The position numbers and the translations under genes are program-made. DNA of 64,000 nucleotides, taken from assembly GCA_029953675.1 (NCBI GenBank), contig JAMWBK010000003.1, forward strand, positions 1,798,001 through 1,862,000, read 5' to 3'. Source of the DNA: Rhodosorus marinus CCMP1338 (lineage: Eukaryota; Plantae; Rhodophyta). Positions 34,558 through 45,908 of this stretch are shown in pieces. Every line of letters begins with the position of its first letter. Position 1 is the stretch's first letter. Below the pieces are notes generated by a model, which was not told the origin of the DNA, made no database searches, and saw nothing but the letters and a program-made list of their open reading frames with translations.

Positions 34558-36137
34558 CTGGAAACACCCGATGAAGGACACTAGATCTTAGTCGAGAGAT
34601 AGCTTGCACAAGAGCAGCCCATTTGCAGAGGGAGCGTTGTTGCTCTCTGGCTCGCATGGAGATCATTTCGCATTCCTGTGCTCAATGGCTGGCAGTTTTC
34701 ACGCACTTAGCGGAACATGCTCGCTGCATGCGTGGATGATACACTGGCATTTCAGACCAAGGTGGGAACGAGCACGGTCGGGAGAGTAGTGCGGGGCATG
34801 GATGCATGCCTACCGCCGATAATAATAGAATTTCGATGGGTCCCCTTGATTTCGGGGCATATTTCGGGGCATTATTGGTCTTACGAGCTCAACCCCCACC
34901 CTTATGCATCCGTTGTCGGCTCCCGCGGGGAGCCCCCACTTTGACGAGCCTGCCACCCCCTTGGTGAGGTTTGCGCGTCAAAGCAGGATATTGGGGCAGG
35001 TCCGGAAATCAGAATCTAGACGAGCCTGGTTGGAATCACCGAAACGGCTTGCTCCGGGGAGCAGTCGGATGATGCCCGGGTCCACCCTCGGCAGATCGAT
35101 CTTGCATACAATCAAGCCAGAGAGAGTATGTAACAACTCAGCTCCGCCATTGTAGCAGAATTGAGTTTCAAGCGAGTATGCAAAAACTATTTCATGCGTG
35201 AATGTTCTCCTAAGCACGAAGCCAGTGAATTTTTGGACGGCCAAATGGCGTTTCTATCGGTTGCGGCAGTCTTTTGATACGATCCATGTTGTACCCCTAT
35301 CACCCGATTTCACAATCCCGGTGGACTATGGGCGCGGCTCGGTTGGGAACTTGACAGTCTCCAGTGCCGATCACTTTGGCCGGGACTGGGGAGCCTGGGG
35401 CGGAATGCGGCATTAGTGAACTCTCAGCTCGCTTACGCTTTCAGGGTACTCTCGTTGTCTGGATGAACTTTAGGACCGTCGCTCGATTCTCGTTGTAATG
35501 CTTTCGAACACATTTTAAGGACTTCGTCCGAGCAGCTCGAAAGAGTTAGTAGAACGTTGCTGTGTTATTTTTGACCACCAGGACCACTTCCCCTGCTCTA
35601 CTTACAGCAGTTCTTTCCCAGGGGTGGACACGGATGCACGTTTACACTTGTACAGGATACAAAACATGGTTCTAAAGACGGATGTGTTCGCTCACAAGCA
35701 TAAGATGCTCCATGCTATGCACTTTCACGACTATACTCACTTCAGGCAGAGTCGGAAAACGATTTGGAATAGTCCACGCTGCAAACGTCCCGACCCAAAC
35801 TCTTCAAGGAAGTCATCGGGCCTTGCCTTCCTTTGACTTGGCTGCAATCAGGACATGCATGTACTTCTAAATGATTAAAGCTCTTCTGAACTTGGAGGTC
35901 TGATCTTCACAACCTACTACAGAGGGTGCTATAAAGCAACAAGAAATTCCTTCAAATCCGATCCCATATACCCCAATGGCAGCAATTGACCGGAACCAGG
36001 TGAGCAGGACGACGACAAGTCTATGGCTCGCTTCAAACCAGTCACTACCCGTTCTGAACGGCGATCGCTGCACCTAGTGCATTGAAAGGGGGCTCCTACA
36101 GTACGACTTGGATTACTGAGTTATGGTCTGATCTAGG

Positions 36138-37009
36138 ATGAATCTCTTGTTAAGAGCGACGTATGCTAGAAGATGGCTGAGGTCGTCCGCGTCAGCGTAC
36201 GCGAAGGCTGCTGGAGCGCCGGCTGTGAATTCTTACCGAAGGAAGAGGCTGGAGTTGGATCAGCACAGAGAGAGGGATAGGGAACCGGAGCGGGAATTTC
36301 TTGACGATGGAAGAGAAGTCCTGTACGAAGGGCCTCTCATGGAGAAGATCAAGGGGGTCAAGGTTAGCGCTCAAGATAGAAGTCTTGGTGTTCAATTGTT
36401 TTGCCTAACTTGGTTGGTTTTCACGTTTTGAAAGACTATGTCGTTAGTATCCTGTGTTGCAACCAGTATGCTCGGTCCCTATATGATGCTGACTAGGGAC
36501 GAGCTCTCGAGGCAGAGTGATTTCCAGCAGATCACAGTCGGCTTTCTAGTCCTCGCCATTGGTGCTGGCACAACCGGTATGCTACGTCAAATAATCGGTT
36601 CAGAGCGTGGTCTCGCTGAATGGATCAATTCCAAACTATTTTAGCGTTCTTGAGCTGGGTATGCTCCCCTTACGTCTCGAGACTGAGCCTCTCAACGGAC
36701 AAGAAGGTTTTCATAGCGGAACAGACAGATGTTCTCCTGAGGCATAAGGTCACCGCCTTTCCTGTGGGTTCACAGACTCCCGTTGACATTCTGAGGTAGG
36801 GTGCACCATTTTCCTATTGCGGGCACTCAGGGGCATGCGTAGCTTCTAATGATTCTGACAAACTTTCTCAAATACGTTCGTGCTTACGCCGCAGACCAAT
36901 GGTTAACTTTGAGGCAGAGAAACGCCACTACTTTCTCGCTAAAGAAAACATGAAGCACAAACTGGTTAGAGAGCAGTTTCCTTGGATTGTGAAGGAGGAT
37001 GACGAATAA
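36138..37009 (+). CDS. TMEM70/TMEM186/TMEM223-family mitochondrial membrane protein; 4 exons
   Basis: Exons 36138-36362, 36435-36576, 36645-36795, 36895-37009. Presequence, then LYEGPLMEKIKGVKTMSLVS...GP...two TM segments...TTAFLSWVCSPYVSRL...RPMVNFEA...YF. Confidence 0.75.
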
Positions 37010-37325
37010 TACTGGCCAAGGCAACTGAAACAGCAGTTCGACAGCCGAACAGGCATAGTGGATACCAACAAACAGAGAGGTCGTGATTAGTATGACTGCA
37101 AAGCTTTGAGGACATGCGGCATGGACAATAGCCCACTGCAATGTGCCTTCAATGCAGGCCTAACATTGTCAGTTCAACCGTTCATTTATACACAAATTTT
37201 AGCCCAGTCCCTGCTAAAAGACTTTGACGATACATAGAAATAGATAGGATAGACTGGCCCACTTTGGCCCACACCAAGAGGGAGTTCTGGTGAATAATGA
37301 AAGGGCGTGACCAAGCAGAGCGGTT

Positions 37326-38258
37326 TTAGGCGCACTCGTTGTGGCTTGTGACTTTGCAGGTATCCGCGTTGTTCATAGCGGGAACTTCGTCGTTGCTACC
37401 TCCGCCTATGAATTTCGCTCTCAAGGCAACCTCGAGCATAGGATCACTGGCTGTGGTTGAGCCGGCCATTCCATTCTGTGCGTTAACCTGCAGCACGAAA
37501 TATTGAGAAACCTCCTGTTAGAAAGGCAAACGGCGACCTGAGTAAGCTTGTTTCGGATTCTGTTAAGTGCGTACCTGTTGACGCAGCGTGTGCCACAGCC
37601 TCAAGTGGTCTGCCTTCAGCGTTTTTATCTCCTCTCTTGCCGCGTCCAATTCCGCTCGTAAATAGTTCTTATCCGTTCTCAACTCGACCTTTTCCTGCCT
37701 GAGCTCCTCCATCTCGGACTTGAGGTTTTGGTTCTGAAGGTTCAACTCCATGATCGACTTATTCAGTGTCTTAAGGCTGTCCAAGGCTTCGACCAAAATC
37801 CCCTCCTTATCTAGTCTGCCATTCGCGGACCTCGGGAGCATCAGGCACAGCTCACTGAACTTCAAATTTATGCACTCTCTCCTCCGCTTCTCGCGCTCCC
37901 TCTTTCTCTCTGGTATTGACATCAACTGAAACCCTTCATTTTCAGAACCTCCCGAGGAGAAAGTCGCCGGACGCTTGTCAGACGCCCAGTCCTCTGCTGC
38001 TCTTTTCCTTGTAGGTGTTGTCTTCCTCGACTCAGATTCCTCTTCACTATTAAGAACACGATTCATGCTCTTCATCCTCCCTTTCTCCAACGAGTCAACG
38101 GCCCTACCACTCCTCCTACCCCCGCCCTCTCCCACACCCTCCACAACCCCCTCCCCCCCAACACCGTCTCTGTTGCTTCTCCCAACCTCCTTAATGAACT
38201 GGTTCACCTCAGAAAACTCCATCCTGCACACTCCTTTATCCGCCTCCAAACCCTCCAT
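37326..38258 (-). CDS. bHLH-leucine zipper transcription factor (plant IVb/IVc, ILR3-like); exons 38258-37575 and 37487-37326
   Basis: RKREREKRRRECINLKFSELCLMLP...RLDKEGILVEAL..., followed by the zipper LKSEMEELRQEKVELRTDKNYLRAE. Confidence 0.9.
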
Positions 38259-39518
38259 CCACCAAGACAAATCAATCCCTATAATTTTCTATTCATTTAC
38301 TTCCCTCTTATCCAACCACATAAAAAACCAAATTCTCAATCCCCGCTCAACATGACATCCCAGAACTACTCTAAACAAGAACTTACTAGAACCGTAAGAG
38401 TCCACCCCACCACCCAAACTTACAAACTCGCCCACCCGCCCGAAGCCCGTTTTTTGTCTTGCGGAACATGGACTTAATTAAACGACTGACCAAAACCCCA
38501 CTAATCTAACAGATAGACAGGCAGGCCAAGGAGTTCAAGAGTCCTCCCCTGCCGAAACTCAAGACGAGTGTTTGCTGAACTTGCATTCATCAGTGTGTTG
38601 TTGATACCATCTACTATTGAGAGCTCTAAATAAACGAAGACGCTTATGGACTCGCTTCACCGACAATGCCGTGTTCAGTAACCTTCTGTAGCTAAATGTC
38701 ATGAGACTATCCCGCATAACGACAAACTAAACTGGTGAAAGCCATTGGGTACTTAGCCTTACCTACCTCATCATCGTTTATTGGAACTATGGGGAGGGAG
38801 AAGGCAAGAAGACAAGAAGGCTAGCTTAAACACAGAGAAGGCGGCCACTTTTAAACTGTACGGCCGCGTCACAACGCCACAGCATAAAGCTTAACGTAGA
38901 GAGAAAACGCGGGGGATACAGACGATGTATCAGCGCGTTCGCGAAGACAGTCGCTAAGCCATGTCATGTCTCCTCTTCCTACCTCTCAATACTCTTGTAA
39001 CGAATGTCATCAGACAAACCTTAGCGGAAAGAAACACGAAAATCGCCTCCTTTTGTTTGAATGGAAATAGAAAACAATTCGTAAGAGCAAAGACCATCTT
39101 TCTCTCAAAACGAAGAGATTCCCAAACGATATTGCCATCTCCGTTTTTTTGGTTTTTGAGTAAAAACATGCAGGCCAAGAGGCTACCTCTTAATGTGGCG
39201 AATGATACTTTTGGATTTGTGCGGCCATTCCAACTGATCTCTGAAAACATTTACTTAAACAGAGAGGAGATTTTCCACCAATTGAAATTACTAAAAGAAT
39301 GTTGGTAGCGAATTGTTTCGCTTGACAGAAATTAAGAGGTTTAATTAGCTATTAGCTATATATGTGATCGAGTAAGAGACTTAATTGGATAATAGACTTG
39401 ACTAAAGGAATCCTTTCCCCGGGCGTGTGCGACGGAACGGCGTCTAGCTTTGAGCTCGAACAGGGAGAGTGAGAGCGGGCACAACTATATCATCACTTCA
39501 CCCTGGATCTTAAGGCGT

Positions 39519-39892
39519 TCATTGATGCTTAGGATGAGCTCCTCTAGGCATTCGCTCGACAAGTTCCTTGATCAACCAATTCGGTAAAGGGTTTTGCATT
39601 TGCGCCCTTGAACCACGGGCACGAGTGAGTGAGTTACTCTGGTCACCCATTTCACCCCATTGCTTTGCTGAGACAATGCCTGGAATTTCAATTGTTGTAG
39701 CAAGTACTTCAGGAGCACCCTCCAGCAAACCAAACATGTCATGCTTGACCAACTTCGCGCAAAGACGGGATTTCCCTGTTCAGTTAGACGACTACTCGTC
39801 GTTTTCCAAAGCTAGGCTGCTATTGAGTCCTATTGCTTTCTCCGGATACCTCAAGGGGCTGAACACCACTCACCAAGTCCTATTGTATTCAT
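39519..39892 (-). CDS. Possible 91-aa two-exon orphan protein, head-to-head with ELP1
   Basis: ATG at 39892. Intron 39873-39776 has a GTGAGT donor, a CTAAC branch and a CAG acceptor, and the spliced frame is open to the stop at 39519. Confidence 0.35.
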
Positions 39893-40089
39893 CGGTCTGC
39901 GGAAGATGTGCCCCGCACGGTGCACAGTGCAAAGTGAGCGACGAGCTCGAATTTCAGTAGCAGTGATCTTCGGTGGAAAAGGTTTATGTCTTGCTGCTGC
40001 TTGAAGGAGATTTTTGTCTGAGTTTCATGAGGTTGGAATGGTGGACTAGGCTCTATTGAGACTTGTCTACATAGTTCTGAATCGTCCCG

Positions 40090-43000
40090 ATGAGGAATCT
40101 AAAGCTGCTTGGGGTTGACGTTGAAGAACACCGTCATTTGGACTCGAGCGAAATTGTCGAATGGTTTCACCATGTTGAAGAAGAAACCTGGATTTGTACG
40201 GTTTTGAGGAGCGGAGAGATTTGTGAGGAAGATGAGGCTGTCGGCTGGATTTCTGGAGGAGTAACGGCATCAAAGGTGAGCTATGATGGTGAGCTATTAG
40301 CGATATGCTCCGGGGATCAGAGCCTGGTGCTCATGCGAACGAGTTCATGGGACCTTGTTACGGAGGTGAACTTGGCGGCCAATGCACGGGGCTGTGCATG
40401 GAGAAGAGATGACGCGTTCTTGGCCGTGTTCCTCGAGAATGGCCACGTCTTCGTTTTCAATCCCGACGGCGTACAAGAAGCTGTGTCGGAGAAGGCCCTC
40501 ACTGAGGTTGTTGGGTGCTGCTCATTCAGCCGTCCTGGTGGACTCATCGCAGCTGGAATCCCGTCGTCAGGACAGGTCAGGTTTTACGAAAGAAACTGCC
40601 TGCGTCACCTCCGCTCCGACTTTCAATCGTCGGCAAAACAAATGTCAGATCTCTCGTTTAACGCAACTGGAAGCCTTCTCGCGCTTCTCGATGAGGAACC
40701 CAAGAGACTGCTGATATACTTCTTTAGCAATTACAGGTGGTACCTCAAACAGGATATTGGACTGCCCGACACTGTTCAATCCCTTATCTGGGATGCCGAG
40801 AACGCTCTGAAAATCCGTGCATACACGAACGTGGGAGAGTCCATATCGTTCGAGTTCTCCTGGTCAACAATCGTCTCTTCAGACGAGACCAACACAGCAG
40901 CGGTTGTTGATGGTCAATCTATCCTGCTGACGCACCTGCGGAACCAGATCATTCCACCACCAATGTGCTCCGAAGATATAGTGCTTGAAAGATCAATTTC
41001 TCAAGTCTTCTTTGCCCGAGGCGAGGGTGTGCTTTACGCTCTGCTGAGCGATGGTCAGCTTGTAGACGTGCAGTCCAAGGACCAAGTAGCCAGCCTTTCA
41101 CCGGGCGTGTTTCCCCGGATGCCATGCATATCAAGAGCTGCGAGCCGCCTCGTCATAGTGGCCGGAGGCAAGGGAGCGGATGAATCCCTTCAAGTGTATG
41201 AGACATCTCCGGGAGCTCCTGCAGAACTAATCGCTGAGCACCCAATGGATACGGGCGTTGCTGATGTTGTCAGCTCGACCAGCGCGAAAGGATTCTTTTT
41301 TGTGGCAACGAAGGGGAAAAGGTTGTTCAGGGTCAGTCCCTCGGGAGATATGGAAGCAGTACCTTCTTCAGAATCGGCCGACATCCTCTCCTTTGCTACT
41401 TGCGAGTTCCAGAGCTCGTTGTCCAGTAGCGAATACCTACTCCTCCTCTGTGGTGGAGGACTTCTGAAGGTGTTGGATTGGCAAACTGGAAGGGAAGGAA
41501 CGATCAGCGATGAATGCACTTCTTTTGACGCTACCAGTAAGTTCCTTGTATACAGTACGAGGTCTAATGTCATTCACACTGTCTACCTAGAGCACCAAGA
41601 ACATCCAAAGGTACGTTCCATCGTTCATTTTGGTGGAAAACCTTGACTGCTCTTTTCTGATAATAGAGCTTAATGTAACTCTGTCTCGGGAACAGTCGTT
41701 TCCGTCCCTCGAGGATATCCTGATGAGTCCGGGTCCGAAATCAGAGATCGTTCCTGGTCGACCAATTGATCGAGGATCGAAGATAGTTAAGGCCCTGAGT
41801 GATCAGATGCGGGTCGTTCTGCAAGCTCCCCGAGGAAACCTGGAGTGCTTTGTTCCCAGGCCTATGGCAGTGTCCCAGCTCCAGAATAAGATCCGTGATC
41901 GGGACTATAGAGGAGCTTTCAAGTGCGTCGATGTCCGGCGACCGTTTTGAAGGATACTGCACAAACGCTAGCATCTGACGCCTTCAATTTTTTCTTCTGG
42001 GCAGGTTGTGCAGAGAGCAGAGGCTCGACGGAGACCTCATCGTTGCGGAAGACTTTGACGCGAATAAATTTGTGGATGAAGTTGGGCACCCAACAAGGCT
42101 GAGCGTTTTTGTATCTCAGTTATCACTGGTGGCCTTGGAAAAAGTCGGCGACGCATTGCTCGCTGCAATGGGAAGGGATAATGTCAAATATGTTCACACG
42201 GTCGTAACGACACTAATGAGCTTTGAACCTCCAAGAGTCGGAGCGGCACTAAGAGCGATATCGCAGAACACCGAAGGGGAGAGCGAAGAGGCAATGATGG
42301 ACTACCTGCTGATCCTCTCCAAAAACCAGGAAGAGGTGTATGCGGCTGCCTTGGCTACGTACGACTTGAGGTAAGCCAGCCTCTTCGAATAGGCTATTAA
42401 CCCGCTCAATCGCGTCCTCATCGGAGGAGTGTGGCAACCACATCAACAGGTTGGCGAGTTTGGTCGTGGCTCACAGTCAATTGGACCCGAAAGCACATAG
42501 GGAGGAGCTGGAGTCCCTCCAGGCCCTTCCAGAGTTGAACCGAAAGTTTGAAATCGCCTCTCGCGTGGGTAAGCCACAACTTTCGAAACCCAACAAGAAA
42601 GGGCGGGTGACAAAATGTTTCCGCTGTGGTTTCATGACTGGATACATGCTTTCTTCACAGGTAAATTTGATGAGGCGCTCCAGTTTCTTCGGGTCTTCGA
42701 AACCTCCGATGTTGTCATCAAGTTCGCATGCGAACATGAGCTGTATGCGTCCGCGATACCTCTATTCGCTGGTGATAGCGACTCTGTCAAGGTTGTGAAG
42801 GAGGCATACGCTTTGTCTTGTATGAAGAAATGCTTGTACGCAGAAGCGGCAGGTCTGTATCAAAGCACAGGAGAGTTCATGAAAGCTGCTGAAGCGTATC
42901 TCGAATCTGGAGACTACCTAATGTCAATGTCAAGTGCTCGACTTGAACTTTCGTAAGGATCACTCGCCACGTCCTGAGTCGCGTAGCCTACAAAATCATC

Positions 43001-44063
43001 TGATGAGAAAGGGTTTTGTTCCCGTGTGCGTAGTGGTGAGCAATTGGATTCCTTTTTGAGGGAAGTTGCGACGAGAATGGAGTCGGAGAGCAAGCCCCGT
43101 GACGCAGCGTACGTGCTCTCAGAGTGCCTTGCGGAGCGAGAAGCCGCGGTTGACGTTCTGTGTTCAGCAGGAGAGTGGAGACATGCATTTGACATTTCTA
43201 CTCGGCACAAAGAGCTGGGCCTAATCGAGGGCTTGGTTGTACCGCAGATGGTCCTGAGTCATGAGTCGAGGATTACGGAGCTCTCCGAGTTGAATATTAA
43301 GTTGACTGAGCGATCGAGGCGACTGCAGGTGGTGAGAGATTTGAAATCACGGCGTCGAGAGAGAGAAGACGACGAAAGCTCAGATGTATTTCCAGAATCA
43401 GACGCGGGCAGCATGGTATCGGACTTCACCTTCGGTTCTCAGACCTCTCAGGCAACTGATCTAACCGGTCCAAGCCTTGCCATTGGCTCCACCTCCGCGA
43501 AACGGGAAAAGTATGCGGCGAGGAAGAGAGCCAAAGCGCAGAAGAAGCGCAAAAGAATCGTTCAGGTAGTGTGTCATGGGAGAAAGAACCACCTTTGAAA
43601 TTGAAGATCTAATCAGCATCTGTTTCCTACGCCCTTTTCGCTCCTGATGATTATGACGATAGGGACACCCCCAGGAAGAGGAGGTAAAACTGCGAAGTTC
43701 ATTGCGGTGCTTTGAAAGCTGGCCTACCAGCATAACGAAGTTAACCGGTGAAGTCCTTCTTTCGCTGTTTTAGTACCTTGTGGAGTATCTCCGTAACGCT
43801 ATTATTCTGGAGCAGTCGGTTGCTGACATTGTAGACCTTATCATGGCATTTGTGTTTGTCGGGAGGATGGATGAAGCCGGCAACCTTCAGCGGTACGAAT
43901 TGGGCTCGATGTCCGGGGCACGCGAACAAGGATCAACTGAAAAGCAAAGCCGTTCTACGCGTTAAATCCTAGGTCGCTGATTGAAGTGTTAAACACGTGC
44001 GGCAGCTTTCCGGAGGACGTATTGGAAGGTAGTCAAGAGAACCAGTTCATCCCCCTTACTTGA
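40090..44063 (+). CDS. ELP1: Elongator complex protein 1 (IKI3/IKBKAP); multi-exon
   Basis: MRNLKL start, W..D..FLAV, FYERNCLRHLR.DF, NYRWYLKQ, VVDGQSILLTHLRNQIIPPPM, VLQAPRGNLECFVPR, AALATYDL, SQLDPK, GHPQEEEYLVEYL. The last exon, 43973-44063, is inferred. Confidence 0.93.
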
Positions 44064-44978
44064 CCCGATTATGGAGATGGTGAAGATTCTCGTTCTAACG
44101 CTTCTTCCCGTGCTATGTCCATTGAAGGGAAAGACCACGTACACCAGCGCTCCTGGGTTCTGCACATGCTTATAATCGAAGAGAATTCGCCGCAATGAGA
44201 TCTACAGAATGAACCTCTGGCGCTAGGTCTACTCTTGGGGACTTTCTGTCCTTGATTAACCATGTAACTGTTTACCCACAGAAATCAAAATCCTCATGCT
44301 CACCGAAGCTTTTGTCGACTCACAGGAGTGAAATGATCCTGTATCTAGCTCCGCGTGTTGACCTGACGCTTTGGCGTTCACGTTGAGCGCTGCAGGCACT
44401 CGACTGTTTTTCTTGGTCTCGGCGATTTCCTCAAAGATTCGTTTAGGACTAAATCAACTAACAACCGACCGGTACATGCGACATCAACCACAATCCGATA
44501 GGTGCTGTGTACATTCAAGCTTGCACATCGGTCCTTTTACATATTTTGAGACGTTAAGTCGACTCTTCAAGCTAGCAGTCCAGAGGTTGAATAGTTATTT
44601 AGTAGTTACATAAAAGAAAATATTGGTTGACAATGCTCTACGAGCAAGCCAGTAGACGACGAAAACAGAAAGAACTGCTGGACGCTTTCGCAAGTAACTC
44701 ATACAAACAGAGAGTAAAGATGTACAGCATTAGGTCTCCAACAAAATTGGCCTTATGGTTTGTAACCTGCTCGGAGTAGTACTCCAACAGTTCTTTCCTA
44801 CAAGCAACCGTGCAAACACTTGCTCAGGCCAGTTTGACTGCTCGCAGATCTTCAGCAGCGACATACAAGTGAAGTCGGCGGTGATAATATTGCGCGTCGA
44901 ATCCAGGACTACGAGCTGCGAGAGCGTGATCGCGGAAAACACAACAACAAACTAACCGTTGCGCAGCAAGTCCAATTC

Positions 44979-45908
44979 TCATTGGTACGTCTCCAGGAGC
45001 ATGTTCCTGAACTCATTATCCCTCAAATTCATCTCCAGATTCGATGCAAGGAGTTTGATAATTTCACTGTCAAGAACGTTGAAAGTCTGCTCGACAAGCT
45101 TTTCAAGGTCCGAAGCGCTTTGGGTAGGGTCGAAGAGCCTTGAAAAAAACTCATATATTCTCGCAAAGTTCATTCTTGGTTTTTCCAGTGTCGTATTCAC
45201 ACCAGTTTGAGTTTGTTCTGTTGAGTGCGTATTTTGCTCATGTGAGAAAGCAGTTCGTGTGTGTACGTTATCAGATTTAACTCCCTCATTCATGCCTTCG
45301 TTATGTCCAGCCGAGCGCATCGTGTTTCCCCCTTTTCCGTTCATGTTCATGTTGGCTCCCATCATAGACAAGTTCTGTGAACCGACGTATCCATTGGGAT
45401 ACGCATGCTGCTGTATTCCCATCATCCCACCTGGCATGACTTGGGTTGGCATTTGCATAGCAATTCTCGGTGCTTGAAGATTACCCCCTCGAGAGCGATC
45501 ATCTGCCTTCATACCGTTCTTGTTGTTTCTCCTCTTCCGCGGCGGAGGTACGTGCTCACCGGTATTGTTCTTCTGCACTTTCAAAAAGTACTTCTGAGCA
45601 TGACTACGTATTTGTATAACGTTCTTTGTCCCAATATGACTCTCAATTTGTTTCCAGTCCCTCTCATACAGTCTCAACGCCTCCACAAACCTCTCGTGCT
45701 CGTCTTGAGACCAATTTTCTCTATTCTTGGTTATGGTATACGGTTTCCTAGATTTTTTCACACCACTTGGAGAACTCGAAGCTGGGGATGCACGCGCTGA
45801 TATTTGGCTCGCAGTCATACTGACCTCTCTTACAACCTCCCCATTCATTTCAGGCCTCGGGCTTATCTTCGACTGCCCACTCATACCCCTCGCCACATCC
45901 CTCTTCAT
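44979..45908 (-). CDS. Single-repeat MYB (SHAQKYF) transcription factor, REVEILLE/LCL type
   Basis: RKPYTITKNRENWSQDEHERFVEALRLYERDWKQIESHIGTKNVIQIRSHAQKYFLKVQKN...EHVPPPRKRR, plus an LCL-like tail NFARIYEFFSRLFDP...SEIIKLLASNLEMNL. First ATG is at 45908. Confidence 0.95.
   Translation of the reverse strand: MKRDVARGMSGQSKISPRPEMNGEVVREVSMTASQISARASPASSSPSGVKKSRKPYTITKNRENWSQDEHERFVEALRLYERDWKQIESHIGTKNVIQIRSHAQKYFLKVQKNNTGEHVPPPRKRRNNKNGMKADDRSRGGNLQAPRIAMQMPTQVMPGGMMGIQQHAYPNGYVGSQNLSMMGANMNMNGKGGNTMRSAGHNEGMNEGVKSDNVHTRTAFSHEQNTHSTEQTQTGVNTTLEKPRMNFARIYEFFSRLFDPTQSASDLEKLVEQTFNVLDSEIIKLLASNLEMNLRDNEFRNMLLETYQ

Noticed and set aside
34978-35420. Penelope or non-LTR RT remnant (GIVKSGDRGTTWIVSKD)
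   Set aside because: One weak motif only; no YGLPKIHK or YxDD equivalent was found.
36715-36735. Apparent frameshift in the TMEM70-like gene
   Set aside because: Re-reading gives GCG GAA CAG ACA GAT GTT, so the frame is intact.
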